Origin: Candidatus Parcubacteria bacterium
GTDB lineage: Bacteria > Patescibacteriota > Minisyncoccia > Minisyncoccales > JAGMDC01
Direction: 5' to 3'
Assembly (NCBI GenBank): GCA_023131895.1
Contig: JAGLYZ010000003.1
Coordinates: 1,394-65,393 of the forward strand
Length of the DNA: 64,000 bases
A program made the translations under genes and the position numbers. Each line of letters begins with the position of its first letter. The stretch's first letter is position 1. Shown here one piece after another: positions 23,913 to 32,916 of the stretch. The notes under the pieces were generated by a model. The model saw only the letters and a program-made list of their open reading frames with translations. It was not told where the DNA came from and ran no database searches.

Positions 23913-25169
23913 TTATTTTATTATCTCTTTTAATTTTTCTAATAACTCTTTTTCTTTTACTTTAATTTGTTCTCCGGTTTTCATATTTCTAAGAGTTATT
24001 TGATTTTTTATTGCTTCTTCCGGACCAATAATTATGACAAAAGGAATTTCTTTTTTATTCGCATATCTTAGTTGTTTTTCCAAACTGGTTTCAAAATCAA
24101 GATAAATTTCATTATTAATATTTTCGGAACGCAATGCTTGAGAAATTTTTATACACTGGTCTAAAAAAGATTTATCAATTATGGTAATTAAAATTTTAGT
24201 GTTTGTTGAAGAAATTTCAGGCCAAAGATTTAATTCTTGTATAGCATCAACTATTCTGTCAATTCCTATTGTTGTGCCGCACGCAGGAATGTCTTTTTCC
24301 GCGAACATTCCGATTAGTTTATCATATCTTCCGCCGCCGGCAATTGAACCAATTTTTGGCTTTTCAACAACTGCTTCATAAATAGGTCCTGTATAATAAT
24401 CCAGTCCTCTTGCTAAAAATGGATCAAATTTGAGAAAATTTTCTGGCACGCTTAATTTTTTTACAAGTAATAATACCTGTTGAAGAAACAAATCCGGTTT
24501 TGCTTTTTTAATAAGCTGAAAAATTTTTTCAGCTGTTTGCGTTTCAATATTTTTTTCTATCAATTCTTGTTTAACTTGCTCAAAAGAAATTTTGTCTAAT
24601 TTATCAATAGATTGTATGGCTGAAAGAATTTTGTCTTGAGATACACCAGCGTTTTTCATAATAGAAAATAGAATTTGGCGGCTATTAATGCGGATTATAA
24701 ATTTTTCAAAACCAATTTTTCGCAGAACCGTATAAATAATTGCGATAATTTCAGCATCAGCCAAAGATGATTTACTGCCAATAGTGTCAATATCACATTG
24801 AGTAAATTCTCTATAACGGCCCTTTTTTGGTTTGTCTGCTCTCCAAACCGGCTGGATTTGGTAGCGTTTAAATGGTTTTGGAATATTGAGATACTGGGCA
24901 ACAAATCGCGACAAAGGAACAGTAAGGTCATACCGTAAAGCTACATCGCGACTGCCTTGATCTTTGAAACGATAAACTAATTTATTTGCTTCACTTCCTA
25001 ATTTACTTAGTAATATCTCAGAGTATTCCAAGCTTGGTGTTTCAATCGGGACAAAGCCATAAGATTCAAAAACATTTTTTACAATATCAAAAACCTTTTG
25101 GCGAATAATCATTTGTTCAGGTGAAAAATCACGAAATCCTTTTAAAATTTTTGGTTCAATTTTTTCCAT
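23913..25169 (-). CDS. hisS: histidine--tRNA ligase
   Basis: 418 aa: ...KGFRDFSPEQM...YRFKDQGSRDVALRYDLTVPLSRF...YQIQPVWRADKPKKGRYREFTQCD...GGGRYD... Confidence 0.9.
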   Translation of the reverse strand: MEKIEPKILKGFRDFSPEQMIIRQKVFDIVKNVFESYGFVPIETPSLEYSEILLSKLGSEANKLVYRFKDQGSRDVALRYDLTVPLSRFVAQYLNIPKPFKRYQIQPVWRADKPKKGRYREFTQCDIDTIGSKSSLADAEIIAIIYTVLRKIGFEKFIIRINSRQILFSIMKNAGVSQDKILSAIQSIDKLDKISFEQVKQELIEKNIETQTAEKIFQLIKKAKPDLFLQQVLLLVKKLSVPENFLKFDPFLARGLDYYTGPIYEAVVEKPKIGSIAGGGRYDKLIGMFAEKDIPACGTTIGIDRIVDAIQELNLWPEISSTNTKILITIIDKSFLDQCIKISQALRSENINNEIYLDFETSLEKQLRYANKKEIPFVIIIGPEEAIKNQITLRNMKTGEQIKVKEKELLEKLKEIIK

Positions 25170-25176
25170 ATTTTTG

Positions 25177-25251
25177 GGTGGACGACGGGGAACGATCCCG
25201 CATCCCTAGCTCCACAAGCTAGTACTCTAAACCAATTGAGCTACATCCACC
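25177..25251 (-). tRNA. tRNA-His (anticodon GTG) with G-1; atypical T loop
   Basis: G-1 + GTGGATG/CGTCCAC + C73, anticodon arm CTAGC-TTGTGGA-GCTAG, T arm GCGGG-ATCGTTC-CCCGT (A54/T58 instead of T54/A58). Confidence 0.7.
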
Positions 25252-25261
25252 ATAAAACAAA

Positions 25262-25575
25262 AAACTCCCGTTCCTCTTACAAGATAAGAAAAATCATTAT
25301 AGATTTTTCCCAGAGGAACGAGAGTTTTAATATAAAATTCCCGCGGTCCCATCCTCGTTTCCTAACACCTTAAAAGGTAGCAGGACACTTGATTAAGTTA
25401 ACGATGAGTGACACCGTCTCAGCTTGTATCTTCTTAGGATTTTCTTGCCGAGCTGCTCCAGAGGCGTGTTTAGAAATTTTTTAGCGCTTGGCTTTCACTA
25501 CCCCAAGCTCGCTTTAGCTTATATTATATTTCTTACTATTCCTCTGTACAAACGCATTTCGTATTTAATTTTAAT
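25262..25575 (-). ncRNA. T-box riboswitch leader, His specifier (CAC)
   Basis: Stem I: CAGAGG/CCUCUG base, specifier loop AAUAGUA / AAA-CAC-G, distal GCUUGG-GGUAGUGAAAG-CCAAGC. Antiterminator: GAGGA-UGGGACC-GCGGGA..UCUCGU-UCCUC. Terminator: AAAACUCUCGUUCCUCU..AGAGGAACGGGAGUUUUUU. Confidence 0.85.
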
Positions 25576-25586
25576 CTCTATTATAA

Positions 25587-25614
25587 AGTATATGGATTCT
25601 AAAAAATTTGTCAA
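25587..25614 (-). promoter_or_regulatory. candidate promoter of the T-box leader
   Basis: The minus strand reads TTGACA-16 nt-TATACT. Confidence 0.5.
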
Positions 25615-25625
25615 GTTTTTTTGTG

Positions 25626-25698
25626 GGCGAACGAGGAGATTCGAACTCCCCCTTAGATCTCCACAGGATCTAGTGCTAACCACTACACTACGTTCGCC
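25626..25698 (-). tRNA. tRNA-His (anticodon GTG), canonical
   Basis: G-1 + GCGAACG/CGTTCGC + C73, anticodon arm AGATC-CTGTGGA-GATCT, T arm GGGAG-TTCGAAT-CTCCT. Confidence 0.8.
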
Positions 25699-25708
25699 AT
25701 TTATCATA

Positions 25709-25782
25709 TGCCCTCGGGAGGACTCGAACATCCACTCTTGACCTTAGAAGGGTCCTGCTTTATCCAATTAAGCTACGAGGGC
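25709..25782 (-). tRNA. tRNA-Arg (anticodon TCT)
   Basis: Acceptor GCCCTCG/CGAGGGC and anticodon loop CTTCTAA. There is one mismatch each in the anticodon and T stems. Confidence 0.7.
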
Positions 25783-25809
25783 AGATTATTATATTATAAA
25801 ACAAAATTA

Positions 25810-26145
25810 TCATTCGGTCAAATTCTCTTCCTCCTCTTCTAAAAGAGAAACTTCCTCTCTTAATAAATCAGGATACTTTTTTGCATCAGCTGCATTAAAT
25901 TTTACTTCTCGTTCATCCCATTTTTCTAAAATATTTTTGAAAATATTTTCTTTGAATTCAATCGGCTTTTTTAAAACCTCTGGCTGTTTTTTTTCAGCCA
26001 AAACACTATATTTATAGAATAAAACACAACCAAAAATCAAAGCAAGACAAACTAAAATCATAAAAGAACGAAAAGCGTTTTTTGCTAAGTTTCTCGGCAA
26101 TTTTTTCAAAAATTTTTCCAGTTTATCTGTTTTTATTCTCTTCAT
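25810..26145 (-). CDS. single-pass membrane protein (hypothetical), last gene of the pilMNO unit
   Basis: 111 aa with one TM helix and an acidic C-terminus. Confidence 0.45.
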   Translation of the reverse strand: MKRIKTDKLEKFLKKLPRNLAKNAFRSFMILVCLALIFGCVLFYKYSVLAEKKQPEVLKKPIEFKENIFKNILEKWDEREVKFNAADAKKYPDLLREEVSLLEEEEENLTE

Positions 26146-26204
26146 GTATCATTTGAGCTTGTGCTCAACCAGGTTAAGCACAAGCCATAATCAGCTTAGT
26201 TAGC

Positions 26205-26747
26205 TTATTTCGTATAGGCCTTTATTGTTAAATTAGCTTGAGCGTTTTTATTTAAATCAGCAGAATCTTTCTTTATATTTAAGTTAGAGATTTCAATTAA
26301 ATAAGGAGCGTTTTCCAGCTTTTCCAAAAATTTTAAAATATTAGAAAATGAACCCTCAAGAGATAGCTGGGAATTATTAAAATTCCATGCATCTAATTCT
26401 GCTTTCTTAACTGGAAGATTTAATATTTCAATTGGAAGACCGCAATCTTTAGCATTATTTTCTAAAAATTCCATAAAAGCGGTAAATTCAACAGGATCGC
26501 TTGAATTAATAAATAAAGCATCAATTCTTTTCAAATCCTGTTTATAGGTTTGATAAAAAAATTTTAATTTCTTGAAATTTGCTTCTCTTTCTTGAAGTTC
26601 GGCAAAGCTGTTTTTTTGAAGCACAAAGTTAGAAGAATTTTCTCTAATTTGAGTTAAAAGCGGATAAATAACAAGGAAAGCAAAAACTAAAGCTGCTGTG
26701 GTAAATAAACCCAAAGATATATAAATTTTTTTATTAAAATCCGTCAT
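26205..26747 (-). CDS. pilO: PilO-like pilus assembly protein
   Basis: 180 aa with an N-terminal TM helix plus a coiled-coil segment. It overlaps the pilN stop by 4 nt. Assigned by position and architecture only. Confidence 0.5.
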   Translation of the reverse strand: MTDFNKKIYISLGLFTTAALVFAFLVIYPLLTQIRENSSNFVLQKNSFAELQEREANFKKLKFFYQTYKQDLKRIDALFINSSDPVEFTAFMEFLENNAKDCGLPIEILNLPVKKAELDAWNFNNSQLSLEGSFSNILKFLEKLENAPYLIEISNLNIKKDSADLNKNAQANLTIKAYTK

Positions 26748-27289
26748 ATTTTAAAATTAAGAGAAAAATCTATATCAACCGGCTTTGTCCAAGTAGATTG
26801 AGGGAAACTTGAATCTTTAAAAAATTCTTGTTTTTTCTTAATATTGCTTTCTAATTCAAGCAGAAGCTCGCGGCTTGGAGAAAAACCAGAAAGAGAAACT
26901 AAAAATCTATAATCTTTTTCTTTACTGGTATTTATAGAAATATTATTCAAATATATTCCATCTGGAAGGATATTTGAAATCTCTTCTGAAATTTTAATAA
27001 TAGAGGTTTGATTTTCGTAAAAAAGAGCTAATTTAGAAACATTTTCATTAACAAATTTTATTTTCTGTTCTAAATCTTCAATCTCTGAAAACTTCATTTC
27101 CTTTTGAGATTGTTCAATAAATTGTTTTTTTATTTCAAGCTGGCCAGAAACGTAAATTTCTATAGAAAGCAAAATCAAACTGAAACAAAATAGAAAAAGT
27201 AAAACAAAAATTCCTAAATTAAGAACGATTTTGAACTGTTCCTCTTTTGATAATTCCTTTTTATATTCCGGCGGAAGTAAGTTAATCAC
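26744..27289 (-). CDS. pilN: PilN-like fimbrial assembly protein (GTG start)
   Basis: 181 aa with an INLLPPEY N-terminal motif followed by a TM helix. Confidence 0.7.
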   Translation of the reverse strand: MINLLPPEYKKELSKEEQFKIVLNLGIFVLLFLFCFSLILLSIEIYVSGQLEIKKQFIEQSQKEMKFSEIEDLEQKIKFVNENVSKLALFYENQTSIIKISEEISNILPDGIYLNNISINTSKEKDYRFLVSLSGFSPSRELLLELESNIKKKQEFFKDSSFPQSTWTKPVDIDFSLNFKI

Positions 27290-27348
27290 AAATCATTTTA
27301 ACATTTAAGCATTCTAACATTTAAGCATTTGTTTATATGTTAGTATGT
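27290..27348. repeat. TAACAT/ATGTTA heptad palindromic element, copy C
   Basis: AAATCATTTTAACATTTAAGCATTCTAACATTTAAGCATTTGTTTATATGTTAGTATGTTTATATG fills the whole pilM-pilN gap. Confidence 0.7.
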
Positions 27349-28488
27349 TTATATGTTTTCGGTTATGCCGCGGAGAGCTAATCCTATGGCTGTAGTATAT
27401 TCAAGTGATTTTTCTAACGGCATTTCTATTTCTTTTGAAATATTAATCCAAGGGTTTCCCGGCTGGACTAAAATTTTTAATTCAAGAGAAAGAAACTTAG
27501 AAATGCCCTTTAAATTTGCCCCTCCGCCGCAAAGAATAATTTTTTCCGGCTCTTTATTCTTGCTATGCGATTTATAATAATCAATATAAGATTTAGTTTG
27601 CTCAACCAAATCAGTGAGAATCGGGATTAATGCCTCAAAAATTCTTTCTTGGCATATAATTTCTTTCTTAAACCCTGCTTTATTTTTTTTACCTTTCAAA
27701 TGAATTGTTTCCGGATTTTTTAACCCGTATTTGGTCTTTAACTTTTCTGCTCTTTTAATATCAACTTCTAGCGCCCGGGAAATTACTTCAGTAAACTTCT
27801 GGCTAGAAATAGGAATAGAAGCAGTAAATCTTAAAGAGTTATCGCTGAACATTATAAAAGAAGTTTTAGCCGCTCCTAAATCTATCAAAAGAACGGTGTT
27901 TAAACTTTTTTTATTTTTAAGCAATGCTCTAACAATAGAAATTGAATCAACTTCCAACGCCTTAATTTTTAGCCCGGCTTTTTTAAAGCAGGAAACATAA
28001 GGATCTACTATATCTTTAGGCATAGCAGCAAGCAAGACCTTAAAATAATTCTGTTTCTTGTTTCCGGAAGGAATAATTTGAAAATCAAGATAGACTTTAT
28101 GAATAGGCATAGGGATATAATTTTCTACTTCAAAACGGATAGCGCTTTCCATTTCTTCTCTTTCCATTTTTGGCATTTTAATTACTTGCAAAAAAGCATT
28201 TTTTTCCGGAAAAGAAGCCGTAACGTACCTTGTTTTCAATTTTTCGCCTTTTATATTACTAACTGCTTTTTGAATAGCCTTTACTAATGCAAGTTCATTC
28301 CTAATTCTTCCTTCTTTTATAATGCCTGATTTTATAGATGTTTGTCCAAAAGAAGCTAAAGACAGGCCTTGTCCCGCCGTGGGCTCGCCTCGGCCCTTTT
28401 TCTTAAGTTTTACAATCCTTATAGACAAATCAGATATGTCTATGCCAAATGCCTCTGGATTTAAATTTAAATAATCTAATATTTTCAT
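27349..28488 (-). CDS. pilM: type IV pilus assembly protein PilM (actin-like ATPase fold)
   Basis: 379 aa: ...FGIDISDLSIRIV...LIDLGAAKTSF...ILCGGGANLKG... Confidence 0.8.
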   Translation of the reverse strand: MKILDYLNLNPEAFGIDISDLSIRIVKLKKKGRGEPTAGQGLSLASFGQTSIKSGIIKEGRIRNELALVKAIQKAVSNIKGEKLKTRYVTASFPEKNAFLQVIKMPKMEREEMESAIRFEVENYIPMPIHKVYLDFQIIPSGNKKQNYFKVLLAAMPKDIVDPYVSCFKKAGLKIKALEVDSISIVRALLKNKKSLNTVLLIDLGAAKTSFIMFSDNSLRFTASIPISSQKFTEVISRALEVDIKRAEKLKTKYGLKNPETIHLKGKKNKAGFKKEIICQERIFEALIPILTDLVEQTKSYIDYYKSHSKNKEPEKIILCGGGANLKGISKFLSLELKILVQPGNPWINISKEIEMPLEKSLEYTTAIGLALRGITENI

Positions 28489-28492
28489 ATGT

Positions 28493-29824
28493 TTATTCTA
28501 TTTCCTTCCATTCAGCTATTTTCCAGGAGCCTGACGGCCCGCTGGAAAAGCTAGCATCTTGAAGGCCTACTTCATATTCAATTTCAGCATTATTACCAAG
28601 ATAAAGCTTGTATCCAGTAGCTTCTCTAATTTTCATATTATTGCGTAAACAGATTAAGCCGTCAGATGTATAAAAAACTGCTCCTGCGGAATTGTTGTCT
28701 ACATTAATAGCTGGATTAGCAGGATCTAAAGAAGAATTGGTGGAAAGAAGCATAGCATAGCTTCCCCCTGCTCCTGAACCTTGGATACTGCCGCCGTTTT
28801 TAACATCAATAAGCCCGTCAGCAATAATCACTCCACTGGTTGAGCCATATCCAGCATCCAGTTTCATAACAGCATTGTTATTAATTATAATATCTTGAAT
28901 TACATAAATCGTTCCAGTCATTATTAATGTAGCATTATTTTTTATCTCTAAATTGCCAGTAATTTTTATAGGACCAAGAGATTCAGTTTCTCCTCCGCTA
29001 ATTGTATAATTTCCATCAAAAACATTAACTTCCGCTTCAGTCTTCCATACACTAATTTGCGCATCAGAAATTGGCAAAGGAAGAGGATCTATCTGACTCG
29101 GCCGAGTTTTAGTTGCTAAGGCGGCAACACAACCCGTGCTTGTTCCGTCATCTCCTGGAACCCCTGTTCCTGTTCCAGAAACGAAAGTCAAAGTTCCTCC
29201 AATCTTACAATCTTTACAAGTATGAACTGTAGCATCTTTTTCAACCCACAACCATTTAATTTTTTTACCTTTATTAGCCACTATAATATCATCAGTTATA
29301 TTAGAATTTGCTCCAAATGCTCCGCTTAAATTGACAACATCTCCGTTTGAGAAAACATTACCCTTAATTCTGCTATTGCTTTGCATTTCCATACCTCCAT
29401 CGCCGACTTGAGCGCCATAATGGAAAGCAACGCTGACACTAGAAATAGTTATAACAACCCTTACTTTTCTGATTCTATCGTCAACATCCGCTTGGGAAAT
29501 AATTTCTCTTGTTCCAGCAATAATATCCCCAATATCGCGTATAGCTGTTCCCTCTCCAAAACTTAAAGTGCTAGGATTAACAGCCGGCAGTTCTATGCCT
29601 TTGTTATTTCTTAAAAGTATATCTTCTATTCCTGCCTCAGCTAAATAATAACTTTTTAAAGATTTAGTAAAGTTCTTAGTTGTCTTTATTTCATTTAAAG
29701 CTAAAGTTCCAAAAGCCAAAGCAATGAGCAAAGAAACAGACAATACAATAATGGCTGTTATTAAAGCAGCAAATCCTTTATTTTGAGATTTATCTTTAGA
29801 TTGAGCTTGAAATACGTATTTCAT
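28493..29824 (-). CDS. large PilX-N-like pilus-associated protein with repetitive Gly/Asn-rich beta region
   Basis: 443 aa. N-terminus KGFAALITAIIVLSVSLLIALAFG...YYLAEAGIED (PilX-type anchor), followed by repeated GN/GD turns. Confidence 0.5.
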   Translation of the reverse strand: MKYVFQAQSKDKSQNKGFAALITAIIVLSVSLLIALAFGTLALNEIKTTKNFTKSLKSYYLAEAGIEDILLRNNKGIELPAVNPSTLSFGEGTAIRDIGDIIAGTREIISQADVDDRIRKVRVVITISSVSVAFHYGAQVGDGGMEMQSNSRIKGNVFSNGDVVNLSGAFGANSNITDDIIVANKGKKIKWLWVEKDATVHTCKDCKIGGTLTFVSGTGTGVPGDDGTSTGCVAALATKTRPSQIDPLPLPISDAQISVWKTEAEVNVFDGNYTISGGETESLGPIKITGNLEIKNNATLIMTGTIYVIQDIIINNNAVMKLDAGYGSTSGVIIADGLIDVKNGGSIQGSGAGGSYAMLLSTNSSLDPANPAINVDNNSAGAVFYTSDGLICLRNNMKIREATGYKLYLGNNAEIEYEVGLQDASFSSGPSGSWKIAEWKEIE

Positions 29825-30307
29825 TTATCTTAAACTTGAGCTTGAACTCAAGGTTATTTCTCTCTGATATTTTACCTTGGGAGAACGATAACGGACAGTG
29901 ATGTCAGTTTTTACTGAGTCAATTAAATAATTAAAAGTTAAGGCAGTAATCTCTACTTTTTCAGAAGTTAATGGCTGCGCATCTGCTCCTTCCCTTTTCA
30001 CGCATAATATTCCATTGTCTAAATAAAAATCAACATAAGTATTTATTTCTCCAGAAGGAGGATTTAGATTAGTTTCTAAGCTAAGCTGATTCACATTGCT
30101 TGTAGGAGTATAAATACTGGAAGCATGCTTTACTTCTAAAAGAATTGTATTTAAACCAGAATGAGCATTATTTAAAACTGCTCTATTAAAACGACTGATA
30201 TTATAAAATTCAATCAAGCCGAGCATAGCTGCAACAATAGCTCCAGTAACCACGGCTAAAATAGCTGAATAAACTAAAACTTCAATAAATGTAAAGCCAT
30301 TTTTCAT
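29825..30307 (-). CDS. prepilin-type N-terminal domain protein
   Basis: MKNGFTFIEVLVYSAILAVV... Confidence 0.8.
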   Translation of the reverse strand: MKNGFTFIEVLVYSAILAVVTGAIVAAMLGLIEFYNISRFNRAVLNNAHSGLNTILLEVKHASSIYTPTSNVNQLSLETNLNPPSGEINTYVDFYLDNGILCVKREGADAQPLTSEKVEITALTFNYLIDSVKTDITVRYRSPKVKYQREITLSSSSSLR

Positions 30308-30308
30308 A

Positions 30309-30809
30309 TTAAAAATTAGTAATAAGAGTTACTAATGTTAAATCTTTTGTCTCGCCTTTTTCCAGCCAGCTGATTTTTGCGTTTATCTTAAGAGAATGAG
30401 CATCTTTATTAAGAGCATTGTAGACGTCCTCAATATCGCCTGTAACAGGATCTCGAGAAATAGGTTCAAAAGTAATTTTTCGGCTAAAGCGGTTATCAAC
30501 AAGACCAGGGTTAATAGTCGTCATTTCCCAGCTTGCTCCAGAAATAGTCAAATAATAAGTATTGGCAGTATTTATTTCCCCAAGACCAGTTTTTCCATCA
30601 GCTGGATCGTCCCAATCAACTTGGTTTCTAACGCTTCTAACTGCTTCTATGTATTCTTCTGCCAAATAACCTGCTTTCATTTCATTTTTTGTTTGTTCTA
30701 AAATTGTAAAAGAGAAAACAGCAGCTTGATAAAAACCAATAATAGCCACTACCAAAATAAAAATGGCAATCATTAATTCTATTACGCTAAAAGATTTTTG
30801 ATAAAACAT
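30309..30809 (-). CDS. prepilin-type N-terminal domain protein
   Basis: ...QKSFSVIELMIAIFILVVAIIG... Confidence 0.7.
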   Translation of the reverse strand: MFYQKSFSVIELMIAIFILVVAIIGFYQAAVFSFTILEQTKNEMKAGYLAEEYIEAVRSVRNQVDWDDPADGKTGLGEINTANTYYLTISGASWEMTTINPGLVDNRFSRKITFEPISRDPVTGDIEDVYNALNKDAHSLKINAKISWLEKGETKDLTLVTLITNF

Positions 30810-31681
30810 TATTGTAGTTGAGGATCGCTTGCAAAAACAGAGCTGCCTTTTGCCACTGTTCCATCTGCAGTATAGCTAATCAAAGTACCTGCTTCTCCGC
30901 TAATACTGATGGTCAAGCTTTTATTATTATATCTCCTATCGCGATGAATACAAAATTGGGTATACAGAATAGGATCATTCAGCCAATGAGTATGAATACG
31001 AATTTTTTGATCATCAGTCCCCACTGTGACTGTTCCCTCCCAATCAAATTGCCCTCCTATCATAAAATCACTAATTTTTATATTTTCAATAACAGCCCCC
31101 TCGCTAAAACTTAAAATTATTATTCCATCCGTTGTATCTATTATATTTCCATCATAAACAAAATGAATATGACGGGAATCAGTTACTCGGGGCGAGGGAA
31201 TTGAAAGAGGAACAGCGGTTCCTTGAATACTTGCTTGTCCTGACGCAGCTATTTCTATAATTCTAAACTGATTAGGATCTTTTTTCAGCTCAAGTTTAAC
31301 AGTGCCGAATTCAGAAGTAAAACCGCTAATCCTATCAAAAATTATTTCCGTTCCGCCTCCATTAAGAGATATGTTTGAAATTTCTACGCGCGAAGAAAAA
31401 TCATGCATTTCATTATTGGGATCCAATGCGTCATAAACATCTCCTTTAAACAAAACTATTTTATCTTGTTCAAGGTGAACTCCATATTCAGAAGCTCCTT
31501 CTGAACTCAATGTTTTTGACTGTGATAATCTTAAAACGCTAAGAATTTCCTCTGAACTTGTGTTTAATTCGCTATGGGAACGAAAAGAAGAATAAACACT
31601 CGCTGTTATGCCAATTAAAATAATAATAACAGCTATAATAACCAAAACCTCTATTAAAGTGAATGATTTTGAAAATTTCAT
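30809..31681 (-). CDS. prepilin-type N-terminal domain protein (large)
   Basis: MKFSKSFTLIEVLVIIAVIIILIGI... Confidence 0.75.
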   Translation of the reverse strand: MKFSKSFTLIEVLVIIAVIIILIGITASVYSSFRSHSELNTSSEEILSVLRLSQSKTLSSEGASEYGVHLEQDKIVLFKGDVYDALDPNNEMHDFSSRVEISNISLNGGGTEIIFDRISGFTSEFGTVKLELKKDPNQFRIIEIAASGQASIQGTAVPLSIPSPRVTDSRHIHFVYDGNIIDTTDGIIILSFSEGAVIENIKISDFMIGGQFDWEGTVTVGTDDQKIRIHTHWLNDPILYTQFCIHRDRRYNNKSLTISISGEAGTLISYTADGTVAKGSSVFASDPQLQ

Positions 31682-32895
31682 TACATTGATCCCACCATTG
31701 AATACATTGGCTGAATCATAGATACAGCGAAAAAGCCGACTGCGCCTCCAATAATGAGCATTAAAACTGGCTCTATAATAGAAGATAGGTTTTTAGTCGC
31801 GTTAGAAACTTCTTCTTCATAGAAATCAGCCATTTTTGCTAAAATATCTGATGTCTCGCCAGTCTCTTCTCCTACTTTAACCATCTCAATAATAGTTAAA
31901 GGATAAATATCTGTGTAAGACATTAAAATATCAGACAGTTTTTCTCCTTTTGCTACTTTTTTAGCCGCTTCGTTTAAAGCTTGTTTGTAATAAAAATTAC
32001 TTAATGAATTAGCAGTAATTTCCAAACCGCGAACAATAGGAATACCAGCAGAAATTAAAGAGCTCAAGGTTCTGGACGTAAAAGCAGTATTTGTCTTTTG
32101 GATTAAAGAAGAAATAACTGGAATTTTCAACAGTAAACCATCAAGTTTTTTCTTTCCTTTCTTGCTTTTCAAAGCCATGCGAAAAAGAAAAGCAAAAGCA
32201 ATAAGAGCTGAAATAAACAAATACCACTTTTCAACCATAAATGTGCCAAGAAAAATAACGCATCTTGTAGTAATTGGAAGCTCAATTTCTAAATCTTCAA
32301 AAACAGCTGCTAAGCTCGGCACAACAATAACAAGCATTAACATTCCAATTCCAATCATAGCGCAAAGAATTACTGCTGGATAAATCAATGCTCCTATTAT
32401 TTTTGACTTCAATTCAACACTCCTTTCTATCTGGCGAGTAAGGGATTTTAAAACATCCTCTAATGTGCCTGATTCTTCTCCCGCTTTTACCATATTGCAA
32501 AAAAGTTCGGAAAATATATCAGGAAATACTTCCAAAGATTCTGAAAAGGTCTTGCCTTTTATTATCTCGCCTTTTATTTTTAATAAAGCATCTTTAAATT
32601 TCTTATTTTCAGAAACAGCAGCTAAAATATCCAATGCGCGCGGTAAAGACATGCCTGTAGCAATCATAATGCGCAGGTTTCTGGTAAAAAATAATTTCTC
32701 TTTCGCGCTCACTCCTAAAAAGGGAATGGAAATATCCATTTTTCCTTTTTTTACTTTGCCTTTTTCCTCTGCTTTAACCAAAATATAACCTTGGCTGCGC
32801 AAATCACGAGCCAATACACGCTCGTCTTTGGCTTCAGCTGTTCCAGAATGAACCTCTCCTTCTAATGATTTAGCTGTATAGAAATAATTAGGCAC
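31681..32895 (-). CDS. pilC: type IV pilus inner-membrane platform protein (PilC/GspF family)
   Basis: 404 aa with two repeated T2SSF halves and 3 TM segments: ...MVKAGEESGTLEDVL... / ...MVKVGEETGETSDIL... Confidence 0.85.
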   Translation of the reverse strand: MPNYFYTAKSLEGEVHSGTAEAKDERVLARDLRSQGYILVKAEEKGKVKKGKMDISIPFLGVSAKEKLFFTRNLRIMIATGMSLPRALDILAAVSENKKFKDALLKIKGEIIKGKTFSESLEVFPDIFSELFCNMVKAGEESGTLEDVLKSLTRQIERSVELKSKIIGALIYPAVILCAMIGIGMLMLVIVVPSLAAVFEDLEIELPITTRCVIFLGTFMVEKWYLFISALIAFAFLFRMALKSKKGKKKLDGLLLKIPVISSLIQKTNTAFTSRTLSSLISAGIPIVRGLEITANSLSNFYYKQALNEAAKKVAKGEKLSDILMSYTDIYPLTIIEMVKVGEETGETSDILAKMADFYEEEVSNATKNLSSIIEPVLMLIIGGAVGFFAVSMIQPMYSMVGSM

Positions 32896-32916
32896 AATAC
32901 TAAAATAATTTTTAAT

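Noticed and set aside
25262-25575. I considered SRP RNA, RNase P RNA, 6S RNA or tmRNA for this 310-nt ORF-free stretch.
   Set aside because: No GAGGAAAGUCC, GGAAGCAGC or tRNA-like-end motifs were seen. Every T-box hallmark (specifier loop, distal platform, UGGNACC bulge, terminator/antiterminator) is present instead.
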